Of a stretch of 64,000 nucleotides of DNA, positions 40,831-53,559 are shown piece after piece (position 1 is the stretch's first letter; every line of letters begins with the position of its first letter). The translations under genes and the position numbers were made by a program. Origin of the DNA: Octopus sinensis (lineage: Eukaryota); assembly GCF_006345805.1 (NCBI RefSeq), contig NC_043002.1, positions 10,230,001 to 10,294,000 of the forward strand. The letters are read 5' to 3'. The notes beneath the pieces were generated by a model. That model worked only from the letters and a program-made list of their open reading frames with translations. It did no database searches and was not told where the DNA came from.

Positions 40831-41930
40831 TTGTGCGTAGAGTAGATAATAATACAATAAATGCAATTTAATATGACATTATATGTGTGTGTTTGTGTCA
40901 GTAAATATAAATACATGAGTTGTTTTGACTCTTGTTTCTAGCAACAGTAATGCCAGAGTGACAAATAATTTAACCTTTCGGCTGAAAAATTGCGGACAAG
41001 CCGCCCTCATATATATATATAACGAAGACTTGGGGCAAAGCAGTGTTGGTATGAGCAGAATTTTGGTGAGCTGAAATATGTTTTGTCACATATTTCAGCT
41101 GCTAAAAGACAAATACAGTGTAGTTACCCGTGGAGAAAAAATCTCTCTTATGCTAAAAAGGTGAGAAAATACGCAGTTCGTTCAGTGTCGCCATCTGTTA
41201 GGAATCTCAGACACCGATGTTTCGAATTTTTTTTTTACTCTTGTCAATGACATGTAACTAAGAGAGGTATATCTGAACGCACTTAATAAAGCTGTAGCTT
41301 TATATATAATTCAGTCTTCACGTTGTCTGATTTGCGCTAGTAGATCGCCCGATGAAGGCACATAACGAAGCATTGGCGCAAAGCAGTGTTTAGGTATGAG
41401 CAAAATTTAGGTTACTTGATATTTACTAAAGGGCAAATACACTACAGTTACCGTGTGAGAAATTCTCTCTTACGTTCACTGAATTATATAAAGCTACAAC
41501 TTATGATGTTCGTTCAGAGTGACCGGCATATATAGAGATTTAATATTCAAATCTATACTAATCTATAGAGAGAAAGTTGTCGATATCTCTATACTTATAT
41601 CATCCAATACCGATCATCCGTTACTTGTGGTTTAATAATTCACATGACACCCGTCATTATCACACATAGATAGGAACAGATGAACATGAAACTCATACAT
41701 CAACTTCTCTGTTCTTTGTTTAGGTTCCTATTGTTTTTTTCTCTGGACTGATGAGTGCTTTGATATTTGAAAATTATAAAATGAATTTGTATCTATGTAT
41801 GAAACGATTGTTTGCATGAATAAACTTCCTACAACTCTTTAACATCTTATCTCTTCCATTTTTGACAAATATGATTGGATTAGTAGAACTTCATTTCATA
41901 AATTAATCATACACTTTAAATATATATATA

Positions 41931-41997
<67 letters not shown>

Positions 41998-43167
41998 ATA
42001 TATATATATTTAAACTTAAATTGAAATTGCACCATCCCAATCTTCGTTTACGAAATAAATGATACAGGAAAGAGTTAATAAATAAGTTTAGAGAACGAAA
42101 CTACAAAATATTTCACTAGATAAGTGTACAAATAAATTTTAGAATATGTTAAATAATTTCACGAAGTTCAAATCAACTAAATCAAAAACAAATGCATTAA
42201 AAATGAATTATATAATGAAATTACATTTTTCATAGGTATTTTAGAAACAGTTAAGAAGTAACTTATACACCGGTATTCTAAATCATTACTCTATTATTAA
42301 AGAAAGTAAAGGAATGAGATATGAAAGGAAAAGAAGAATGAACAATAGCATGCACAGTGAGAATTTGTTCACCAATAAACTCAGCTCAAAAGTTACCATT
42401 CAAGAAATTAAAATGAAGTGTATAACAATAACAAGTACGACGAAGTTTGAAATAAAATAAAACATGAAAAAGAAAATCGAAAATGAAACTGGTAAGTTTG
42501 AAGGCCTTTTCTTTGAAGTTTTTCAATGAGAGTCGCCATTTGCCTATCTAGTTTTGAAATGAGTTATTATGATTTATACATACATGTCCTTTACATATAT
42601 GTTCTTTATTCAACCGGATTTTGTTTTTCATAGAAATAAAACTTTACCCGTTGAGGAAAGACGACATATTTGCCCGTTTTGCTTGTTACCTTATTGTGAT
42701 AATGAATATACAAAAGCAAGTTCAGACCAGGTTATATTAAACATGCTGTCACATGATTTCTTTCCATCTCCAGATATATGTGGAAAGACCAGTAGAGAAT
42801 TTACTGTTTAGCGAAAATTCGTGCGAGCAATATCATGACTTGAATTAATAAGCAAACACTTCTATTTTTGTTAAAATATAGAACATTGAAAACCACAACT
42901 TAATGCTTTATTGGCACTATGTAATAATGAAATGGAAAAACCACCACATAAAGTGGGAAGCGTTAGTAAAGTTATGTATATATAAGGCGAGGATATTGTT
43001 TCATGCGTTTCGTTTTATGATTACAAATGCATCTGATGATGCTTTTTATGTTTTCATTTTTCGAATATCATAATTAATTATAGTTTTCTAATTCTCCAAT
43101 AATGTTTCGACGTTTGAATAATACCTTCTGATAACTTTCTGGGTTACATTCACCTATTTACGGGCAA

Positions 43168-43199
<32 letters not shown>

Positions 43200-43210
<11 letters not shown>

Positions 43211-43483
43211 ATATTCTCTTTTATTCTTTTTTTTTATTTCAGTCATTTGACTACGGCTTTGCTGCAGCACCGCCTTTAGTCGAGCAAATCGGCCTCAGCA
43301 TTCATTCTTTGTTTGCCTAGTACTTATTCTTGCGGTTCTTTAGCCGAACCGCTAAGTTACGGGGGCGTAAACAAATTAGCATCGGTTGTCAAGCAATGTT
43401 GGGGGGACAAACATATACACACACACGTACACACATACGTATATGTACACACACACGTACACACATACGTATATGTACACACA

Positions 43484-43546
<63 letters not shown>

Positions 43547-43822
43547 ATATATATATATATATTCTCTTTTATTCTTTTTTTTTATTTCAGTCATTTGACT
43601 ACGGCTTTGCTGCAGCACCGCCTTTAGTCGAGCAAATCGGCCTCAGCATTCATTCTTTGTTTGCCTAGTACTTATTCTTGCGGTTCTTTAGCCGAACCGC
43701 TAAGTTACGGGGGCGTAAACAAATTAGCATCGGTTGTCAAGCAATGTTGGGGGGACAAACATATACACACACACGTACACACATACGTATATGTACACAC
43801 ACACGTACACACATACGTATAT

Positions 43823-43894
<72 letters not shown>

Positions 43895-44055
43895 GTATAT
43901 ATTTATGACGGGCTTCTTTCAGTTTCCGTTATGCTATATACACTCACAAGGCTTTAGTTGGCCCGAGGCTGTAGTAGAAGATACTTGCCCAAGGTGTCAC
44001 ACGGTGGGTCTGAATCCGGACCCATGTGGTTGGTAAGCAAGCTACTTACCACATA
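43200..44055 (-). mobile_element. SINE family C with its 3' half duplicated in tandem (348-bp period)
   Basis: ORF-track translations at 43313 and 43661 start identically, 348 bp apart. Confidence 0.82.
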
Positions 44056-44089
44056 CCCACTCGTAAATGCATTATACAAGTAGGTTGAA

Positions 44090-46900
44090 CAATCCAAATG
44101 CAGTTCAATGCTGCAAAATTTCAAATGCACCACAGGCTGCATATCCAGGACCCAGCAGCCAGACACACAGTGGGACATTGCCAAAATAGCGACAAAGTAT
44201 ATACATTTGGCAGGATGGATACTACGGTCCTTCAGGACAAGAGACTAAGATCTCAAGTTGGCCCTGTGGAACCCCTTTGTTTTCGGCTCCTTGACTATTG
44301 TTCTCAGCTGTGGTAAATGCATAGTGTCAAAGTAACACCGGAGCTTAAAGCGATCCAACGCTGCTATGCTATAGTAAACCGTTTGTACCACAGGTGAAGT
44401 ACAGGCAGAAGCTGACAAAACTACGGCTCTACTACTTTGGGGGAAATTCCTCAAGTGCTTGTACCTGACTTCGGCTTCAGACAATGTAAAAGTTCCCGTA
44501 CGTGATGGCATTATGTTGTACCAAGGCATTGTCCGCTCCATCTAATACTTGGGTTTTGAGGGCCCATCACTTTTCAAAATCTGTAAAACAACATACGTAG
44601 CAACAAATAATATGAATTTGTGTTTATTGTAATTTCTTGAATATATAACTTAACTTAGATAAGTCTCGCTCAAAGAGTGACTCCGGCCATGTTTAATTTA
44701 ATTGCACCACCTGATAGGATCTACTAAGTCATTTTAAAGACAAATGTTGCTGCATGTGGCCCATTCAAGTACGTGGTTGTTGTTGATGTGTCCAGTTAAG
44801 AGTGTCTTATCTGATATCCCTTGAAGAACCTTGTCTACGTTTCGTTTTAGGGTAATGGGATCTTTTTCTCTGATTTGTTTTCTGTTGATGTTCAATAGAG
44901 TAAGGCTTCTTGAGGGGAAGCAATTGTATTGTGATTAATTTATGTTTTATGAGCCTGAAATGTGTAGGGGGCGTATGTCACGTGACATCAGCATTGGACA
45001 AATTCTGAATCTGATGTTAAGGTCGTTTGGGCAATTCCGGTGTTAAATCCTCCAAATTGTGCAAGTGTAGTAACGCTCACGATGACGCTGGGAAGAATAA
45101 AGATACAGAAATCCTGATCAATCATGCCATTTATTTTTTGTGAACACTCTCTGGAGTGACTCAGTTCTCGTACTGCTTTGTTTGTTGTGGAGTAACCACA
45201 TAGTGCAGCAGTATTCTTGGCGTGTCTGTACAAAGGGAAAGCTGACATCTTGCTCGCTGAACCGCAAATTTCAGAGAGCAAGATGTATTGATAATTTTCT
45301 GGAGCTCAGAGTCATCTGCAAATATCCTTAATTTGCTGGGTTTCATGAATCCCAAATAGTTGCCTGTTGATTCTTGCTGGACTTGAATGGAATCCAACGA
45401 TCACAACATGTCCTTTGTTCACCAGGAAATGATTCAGCGTAGTAGCTTCAAATGGATTCTAATTCTAATATTTGACAATTCTGAAACGAGGATATTGTGG
45501 GCAACTCTGTCTAACGCTTTACTGTAACCAAAATATATGACATCAGAGTTCGAATGTGATCCCAAAGCCTTGAGGACATCTTGGATATGATGTCACTGCT
45601 GTCTTTCCCGGAAGCCAGTTATCCTCGATCTCACCACACTTTCAAACACTTTGATATTATGAGAGGTGAGTGAGATTGGGAAATAGTTTTCTGTGAGAGA
45701 CGTGTTTCCCATTTTGAAAATCGGGACGATAGTTTGCGATAGGAACTTTTCCGGTACATAGCTTGAGTGTAAAAAATTTCTCCAGAGGTTGGTTAGATGG
45801 GTAGCAAGTCGATGTCTACATTCCTTTAGGGACACTAGGGACGAATCTATCAGGTCCTACAGCAGAATAGTGCATGACATCATTTATTGATGCTATGGTG
45901 TCTGTGGGGGTGAAAGTTCGGTCCAAAGTAATATGTTGAGGAGCGGCGAGCTGGTAGAGTCGTCAGTACGCTGGACAAAATGCTTCGCAATATTTCGCCC
46001 GTCGCTACGTTCTGAGTTCAAATTCCGCTGGCGTCGACTTCGCCTTTTAAAGGCGGTGAGTTGGCAGAAACGTTAGCTCGCCGGGCGAAATGCTTAGCGG
46101 TATTTCGTCTGCCGCTACGTTCTGAGTTCAAATTCTGCCGAGGTCGACTTTGCCTTTCATCCTTTCGGGGTCTATTAAATAAGTACCAGTTACGCACTGG
46201 GGTCGATATAATCAACTTAATCCGTTTTTGTGTCCTTGTTTGTCCTCTCTGTGTTTAGCCCCTTGTGGGTAATAAAGGAATAGGTAATATGTTGAGGAAT
46301 GAGCTCGTTCAGAAGCTTTGCGTCAATATCTTGGAGATCGCTAAAGACAGAGAAGTACTTTTTCTGCAGAACATCCGTCGTTTCTTCAGCGTCATGTGGG
46401 AGAATGCTAATTAATAGACCAACTGATGAGAGAACGTTACTATGTCTGTTGGCACATAAGTAAAACACTTTCGGGAACTGTTTCATGTTTTGCTTACCCA
46501 GATTACCACAACAGCTCTTTGATTGTGGATGTAGGTGTACAAGCTGACCTGCAGATGCTGATTTCCCTACTCAGTACTTTTATGCTGCTGTTGGCGATTG
46601 TATTTTAAATGGAGGATTTGTTAATAAAGTCTTTTGATTCACCCGATGAATGTTTTTGTTTCTCTCTTGGCAGCTTATTTCTATAAGTGCTTCAGATTGA
46701 GATTTTCATAGGAATCATTGAGAAAAATGCCTTTTGCTCCTTTATTGTAGTCAATGCGATCTGAACGGGTGATGAATGTTTTTTGTTTTCGCCTCTGTGT
46801 CTATGTGAGTGTAGTTTTAGTGGTTTTCCCTGAGGATAAAAAAAAAGGGATGCAGTGCGTCATTTCAGCAATCTGTGTATGAAATCTTTATTTGTACAAG
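44090..46900. mobile_element. Paralogous copy of the old rearranged LINE at 340-2900
   Basis: ORFs MQFNAAKFQ...RLLDYCSQLW (+), QTIVPIFKMGNTSLTENYFPISLTSHNIKVFE (-) and KLRIFADDSELQ (-). Confidence 0.8.
45943..46283 (+). mobile_element. SINE family A with an extra partial head, 15-bp TSD
   Basis: TSD gtaatatgttgagga at 45928-45942 and 46284-46298. Confidence 0.88.
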
Positions 46901-47290
46901 ATGTATGGTATCTTGTTTGGAATCATGCATTTGCGACTATTGACTAGGAGGGGTTGAAATTATGTTTCCGTGGATGGGAAGCCTGGGTACTTTAGTGAAG
47001 CACTCATTCATAAAACCATGCTTTATCGGATAGAATTACAACCAATATTCATGTAAAATAACTCCCTACAATTTTAAATACATAATACATTGGGTTATAT
47101 GTCCCCTTATAGATTATACGTTCCCTTTTGCTAAATGGGATTTTGTTCCCATTACCAAATGATTTTATATTATTTTCTTAATTTTCCAACATTTTCTGTG
47201 TTATTTGTCTAGTTATGTGTCTGTCATTTATTAATGTAAAACTAACAATGAACGTGTCATTGCAAACCTTAAACCTATTTGTATTACAGC

Positions 47291-47443
47291 TATAAATCAG
47301 AAATTCATGTAAAGAATGTATGTTTACGGTTTCCATATACCACATACGGCAGCTGTATGTTAAAATAACTCAGACTCTGAAAAAGTTTGCAAAACTTGTT
47401 AATTTTATTTTGTATGTTTTCAGCTCTCATTCAGAATTTCCAG
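47291..47443 (+). promoter_or_regulatory. Candidate TATA box and 5' non-coding exon of copy 3 (paralogues 3299-3453 and 21715-21855)
   Basis: TATAAA conserved at 3299, 21715 and 47291; a 35-bp near-invariant block follows; AG|gtaag donor conserved at 3454, 21856 and 47444. No conserved ORF here, and coding exon 1 starts at ag|ATG, which requires an upstream UTR exon. Confidence 0.5.
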
Positions 47444-48850
47444 GTAAGTTACATGCTTAGTAGAAAATTTATAATTGATGTTTTTTTCATTTTGTTTATG
47501 AAATGTGACACAAAGAACTACAACGATCAATCTCTTGATATATAGCGCTAAAAATAACGACAATTCGTTTTGAGATTTTTCTTTACTTTCATCATATCAA
47601 TAATATCAAAATCTAGTTTGCGTGAAATTTTATTCTAAAACATAGGAGAAACGCGACTTTGAAATGGATATTATTGTACTTTAATTTACATGAGCGATTA
47701 ACAAAAATGTCAATGACCAAATTATATTCTATTCGTGGCCATCACGTCATATAATTTCCCTCTTATCTAATGGGATATAGGGAAGTTTTGGTTGAAATTT
47801 CTTGCGGGTCCAGTAAAATATGTAGGCTCCCTACTAAGCATTTTATGTAATCTTTGTTCTTGGTTCCTATCGTAATGTTTGCTAGTTGCGGTTGTACCAT
47901 CAATAATCCTCACACTGAAAATTTCTTTCTTTGAAAATTGTTTTTTGTCAGAATTGTGCGCAATTCCTGCAATTCCTGCATTTCTTTTGTAACATCTCCC
48001 GCCAGAGTTTGAACCAGGGATTTGCGTTTATTAATTTATTTGTTTACTTATTAATATATTTAACTGTACTGAAATGAAACTGGTGGCTATTGGGAACTGT
48101 TGCATGAGACAAAGAACTGTGCATGCACTCTGTCAAAATATGTGTGAATGGGAACGTTCTGTCAAGTTGGTGCTGGTTCGAATCACACTGTCACTATTAT
48201 ATTTTGCTTTTATACAATATTATTGGTATTTTCGAAGTCGTTGTACCTACGTAGTAACGCAAAAAAGCTGTTAAAATCAAATTAAGTTTATTTGATGAAA
48301 TTTCAGAATTTTTGTCGCGCAACTACGCCTTAGTAGCTGGCACATACATCATGTTGCTACGTATATAATACTTTTCATTTGAATTTATCTTTATGCATAT
48401 GGATGTATACATATCTATATGGCCGTTCTTATATATAACTATAAATGCATCAGTCTATCTGTATATATGTCTACATATGTGTATGAATATATTCCTATGT
48501 GTAATTGCGATTGTAAAGTTGTGCTGATAACTGTTTATACGGTTATCCGTGGGATGTTCATGTATCAATGTTTATTGTGTTAAAATAATGAAAAAATATA
48601 TTATTTGCTCTCTTGTCTTTACACCTAAAACATTTCCCCCAGTATACGATCAACTGATAACTGATGCTAAGATGCCTCAAAACTCAGGATATTTATCTAT
48701 TACGATGAACACAATAGCATTTATAGGTTTTAAGTATGAAGGTGAAACCTTTGAAAAATTTGAGGGCTGATTAAGTTTATGCTTGTATTTGAGCCCACAC
48801 TACCACCATTGGCCTTGTGCCGACAGCAGAAAGGTTTATTATAACATGGA

Positions 48851-49233
48851 TGGAAGCACTCCGTCGGTTACGACGATGAGGGTTCCGGTTGATCCGATCA
48901 ACGGAACAGCCTGCTCGTGAAATTAACGTGTAAGTGGCTGAGCACTCCACAGACACGTGTACCCTTAACGTAGTTCTCGGGGATATTCAGCGTGACACAG
49001 AGAGTGACAAGGCCAGCCCTTTTGAAATACAGGTACAACAGAAACAGGAAGTAAGAGTGAGAGAAAGTTGTGGTGAAAGAGTACAGCAGGGATCGCCACC
49101 ACCCCCTGCCGGAGCCTCGCGGAGCTTTAGGTGTTTTCGCTCAATAAACACTCACAACGCCCGGTCTGGGAATCGAAACCGCGATCCTACGACCGCGAGT
49201 CCGCTGCCCTAACCACTGGGCCATTGCGCCTCC
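48851..49233 (-). mobile_element. SINE family B, 11-bp TSD
   Basis: TSD ttattataaca at 48836-48846 and 49236-49246. Confidence 0.88.
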
Positions 49234-49810
49234 ACTTATTATAACAATCTGTCAGATGGCTTGCTGGCAGCAGCGTTAGCACAACGTATAAGATGCTTAG
49301 CGGCATTTCAGCCGTCTTTACTTTCTGAGTTCATTTTCAACTTTGCCTTTCATCCATTTGAGACTGATAAACAAGGACCACTTGAGCACTGGGGGGAAAT
49401 AATCGACTCGCTGCAGCCCCAAAATTTCTAGCCTTGTGCCTATTCTTATAGCTAACGTCAGCGCAATAAAACTAAATATGTATGCTTGTGTTACACTTTG
49501 TTTTCTTGTTTCTTATAGACACTCCCTACTGTTAATTTTCTACTATAATTCGTGTTTTCAATTTCTTTGTCTTTAAATGTATTTCTATTTCTTGCCAGGA
49601 GAGTTACATTATATTTTGTTGTATTTTATGGATTCATTTATTGTATTTATGGTCGGTTCGCTTGTGATGTACTCTTAGTTCAGCGAGATATTAATATTTC
49701 ATTACCTACTGGACCGAATTACGCTATCCATAGAATAAGTAACATGTGAACGTTGGGAACGATATGATCAAATAGCCCACTTTCTAAAAGTTTCTTAAAT
49801 TATACGTATA

Positions 49811-50458
49811 GGATCTTTACCTTTTGACCGACAGATTTAAAAAATATTTTTTTGTAACTAAACACATTCAAACTTCGGACACTGGTAGAATGTGTCTTAT
49901 AAAATATCTTTTACTCTTAGCATTTTTGAGAAAAACTTATGTTTACGACGTTATTTCAAGTTAAAGTTCTTCTATTTCGGTAATTTCAACCAATCAATGT
50001 CGTGTAATCAGCTGAATAAAATTACTGCTGTTGTTTGTCAACAAGAACTTCCGGCGGTGTATATTTTCTTTGTCACTGTTATTTATGACAACCCTAAACC
50101 TAAAACCCTAACCCTAACCCTAACTCTAAAACCCTAACCCTAAAACCTTAATGCTAAAACCAATACAAACGCATGAACGATGTCATAAATAACAGTGACA
50201 AACGAAAAATACACCGCCGTTAGTTGTTAACAAACAACGGCAGTAATTTTATTCAGCTGAATACAAGTCATTGATTGGTTGAAATTACCGGAATACGACA
50301 ACTTTAACGTGAAATAACTTCGTAAATATAAGTCTTTCTCAAAAATGCTAAGTGTAAAAGATGTTTTTATATGACACATTCTACCAGTGTCCGAAGTTTG
50401 AAAGTGTTTAGTTACAAAAAATTATGTTTTAAATCTGTCGGTCAAAAGGTAAAGATCC
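49811..50458. mobile_element. MITE with about 280-bp imperfect TIRs, TA target duplication and an internal (CCCTAA)-like array
   Basis: ta|ggatctttaccttttgaccgacagattt ... aaatctgtcggtcaaaaggtaaagatcc|ta; telomere-like repeats at about 50093-50150; absent at the equivalent sites in copies 1 and 2. Confidence 0.88.
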
Positions 50459-51214
50459 TATGTATAAAAGAAAGGATTATCAGTATTTTTTGGTATTGAT
50501 GTTTTAGTTACTATTCTTTCCAATGGCTTGTAACAGGCTGTAATTTTGATATAAAGTCGAAGGTTTCGTATTATTTCCAATATGTATTTTACTGTGAATT
50601 ATTACTTTTGAACCGATAGGCTTTCGCGTGTGAGTAGGTCGCCATTAATGCGACGAAAATTTTGATACCAAATAATAAATGTTTAATTAAAGTCAAGAGC
50701 CTTTGTGTGTTTCTGAATGGCTAACATATGACTTCCAGGTGATGTTGATTTAGTTAAAGCACGCTGTTTCATGTCAGATCCCTTTCGCAAATATGTCTCC
50801 AATGTTCCATTTCAATTTTGGGAATATTGTCACTGGCTATACAGGATTTCATATTAATTATTAAGCAAAGTTGACATTCTGTTCTTTATTCTGGAACACG
50901 CGGCTCTAAACAAAGTAGTTTACGTGTTCCTATACATCACAGCCAGCCTTATATCTTCTCTCTACATCAGCATAATGCCCCAGTATTCCGGGTAGGTCAC
51001 CGCGACATACATTTAATTTTTATAATTTACACGTAAGAATAGAGTCGACCATTGAAGAATGAGAGACAAAATATATGCGAGAGGTGATCACCAATCTCAT
51101 ATTTGAATGTTAATATTGTTTAAATATTTGACTTTTCGAAGGAGTTACTTTAGCAACAATATTATGGAAATACCGAATATAATGAGATATTTTATTTGTA
51201 TTCTTTACTAACAG

Positions 51215-51284
51215 ATGTATATATTTCCGGTAACTTTGTTCTCACTTGTAATCCTTCCTAACGCTGTTAAGATTAATCCATTTG
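51215..51284 (+). CDS. Cys-rich secreted protein, copy 3, coding exon 1 (signal peptide): MYIFPVTLFSLVILPNAVKINPF+G
   Basis: Branch point and acceptor ctaacag directly before ATG (51215); 70-nt open frame ending at phase-1 donor G|gtaagc (51285); hydrophobic core; same length, frame and splice sites as copy 2 (24744-24813). Confidence 0.82.
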
Positions 51285-52072
51285 GTAAGCTTCAATATTC
51301 TTAAGTCTTCATCTTTGATAATGAACATGATGAGTGTATAAGATCCTGATATACTCCCATTTAAAGCCTCCATGTCTTCTTTCCATGCAGCATGCAAAGT
51401 AATTTTACGTCATGTCCGTGAAATTTCTTGAGTACAAGTCGGTAAACGTCTCATAACATCGAACATTTGAAGGAAAAGTTTTAACTTATTGAACCCCATC
51501 ATGTAAATTTTTAAAATAAAATCGAGAAGCGTAATTAATATAAAAAATTCTTAATTAAAACAATAATCTTCATTCTTTTGTGTCATTACCACGTTTTGAT
51601 AAGAAATATTTGAAAGAAAATGAATGAAATTGAAAGGAAAATACAATAAAAATTCACTCACATCATATTGATACAGTCGAAAAATTTAAAGTGAAATATT
51701 TATCTACTAAATATTAATTTCATCGATATTTCACTGCAAATTAATTATCCCGCATTTCTAGATGTCGTTGGCTAATCATCCGGCGCCCTGAATGCTCAAA
51801 GCCGCATCAGTTTCTTATCGGTCTCTTGATTATCTACAAAGACAGCAAGGGGTCAATATTGACTACACTGCTGGCATCTGCTCATCAGCGCTTTCGTCAT
51901 TCACACGATTACGACGTTTGCTAAGACCTAACAATCAAATATCATAATTAAAGGAATTTGATTCACGCAGTATTCATACTAAACCACATAAACTAAACCA
52001 CGGATCCCCCTCGTCAAACAGCGAAATAACATGTCTTTCCTTTAGCCTTCATAAATGTATTTTCTTTTACAG

Positions 52073-52198
52073 GGTGTAACGGATGTAACGAAGAAGTAAC
52101 TTGCTTTTGTAGTGGAGAAACTAAGCAATTAGAGGCATCAATGGAACATTGTGAGGAAATATCATGTCTCAACTCATTAACGAACGTTGTGAATAGCT
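52073..52198 (+). CDS. Cys-rich secreted protein, copy 3, coding exon 2 (module 1): GCNGCNEEVTCFCSGETKQLEASMEHCEEISCLNSLTNVVNS
   Basis: Acceptor ttttcttttacag; 126 nt (multiple of 3), phase 1-1; donor T|gtaagt; six Cys all conserved in copy 2 (25541-25666). Confidence 0.88.
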
Positions 52199-52329
52199 GT
52201 AAGTAAAAAGTAGTAACAAAGATTAAACTTTCTTCATATTTTTCTTATCAGACGAGTTAACTGTTGGTTTTGTTTTTCTGTATGAATACTTACACATTTA
52301 ATGTATAATGATATTAAGTTACCAGGGAA

Positions 52330-52932
52330 GGCGTCGAGCTGGCAGAACCGTTAGCACGCCGGGCGAAATGCTTCGCGGTATTTCGTCTGCCGTTACGTTC
52401 TGAGTTCAAATTCCGCTGAGGTCGACTTTGCCATTCATCCTTTCGGGGTCGTTAAATTAAGTACCAGTTACGCACTGGGGTTGATATAATTGACTTAATA
52501 CCTATGTCTGTCCCTGTTTGTCCACTCTATGTTTTAGCCCCTTGTGGGTAATAAGGAAATAGGTATTTCGTCTGCCGTTACGTTCTGAGTTCAAATTCCG
52601 CTGAGGTCGACTTTGCCATTCATCCTTTCGGGGTCGTTAAATTAAGTACCAGTTACGCACTGGGGTTGATATAATTGACTTAATACCTATGTCTGTCCTT
52701 GTTTGTCCACTCTATGTTTAGCCCCTTGTGGGTAATAAGGAAATAGGTATTTCGTCTGCCGTTACGTTCTGAGTTCAAATTCCGCTGAGGTCGACTTTGC
52801 CATTCATCCTTTCGGGGTCGATAAATTAAGTACCAGTTATGCACTGAGGTCGATATAATGGACTTAATCCGTCTGTCTGTCCTTGTTTGTCTCCTCTGTG
52901 TTTAGTCCCTTGTGGGTAGTAAAGAAATAGCT
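52330..52932 (+). mobile_element. SINE family A, tandem trimer in intron 2 of copy 3
   Basis: Three body units of about 190 bp; imperfect TSD tattaa(g/t)ttaccag; empty site near 25785. Confidence 0.88.
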
Positions 52933-53559
52933 ATTAATTTACCAGTTTTTTAGCTTCGTCCTTGTAGCATTTTCTACATTTATTAGTGTAAATATATTAA
53001 TTTTGTTTCGTAAACTTTTCTAGTACATAGATTATTAATTATGGATGTAAGTGGATTAAGTTACTATGAGGAGAACAGATCTAGAAAGTGTTCCACAAAT
53101 TGTTTTTCAGAATTCATAACTGTGCAAAGCGTCTGATGGAATGATGGTTGTTTAGAAACAGTCATACTGTATTAATATATTCAAGTAAAAAAAAGGTTAA
53201 AGCTAAAGATGCAAAATAGATTAAGGTAGACTTTGTCCCATGAGGGGAAAATGTTAACATTTAATCAAAATTTAAGTTTGAAATAGATTACTATACCATG
53301 ATAATAAACCTCAAGTTTTATTATTACTTTCATGCCAGGACACCTAACTATTTTTTAAAAAACTTTATTAAGATTAAGGCTATTTAATCAATGAATCTCT
53401 CAAAGCCAAGCAGCTATTTTGCAATAAGAGTTAGCATAGCACCAGTACTTTGGGTATACGGTTATAATGGCATAGGAAAGTCAGCAACCTGCAGGAGACC
53501 TCGAGGTTGATCAAAAACGAGATGATTACATAATAACTATTGTCTCAGTTGGTTACGCA

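Larger units (their letters stand above)
21500..43170 (+). repeat. Segmental duplication unit 2 (X' 21500-27240, Y' 32390-32550, gap, Z' 35330-38010, W' 42010-43170)
   Basis: Same block order as unit 1; X' aligns to 47090-56450. Confidence 0.85.

Noticed and set aside
50738-50860. Possible coding exon after ttccag (GDVDLVKARCF...)
   Set aside because: Stop in copy 1 and frameshift in copy 2; at most a UTR exon.
51215-51229. 15-nt micro-exon reading (D-V-Y-I-S) using the first GT
   Set aside because: The longer reading from ATG to the second conserved donor gives a signal peptide in both copies, and the first donor is weak in copy 3 (gtaact).
52330-52932. Regularly spaced repeats that could suggest a CRISPR-like array
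   Set aside because: Eukaryotic SINE trimer of about 190-bp near-identical units with no unique spacers.
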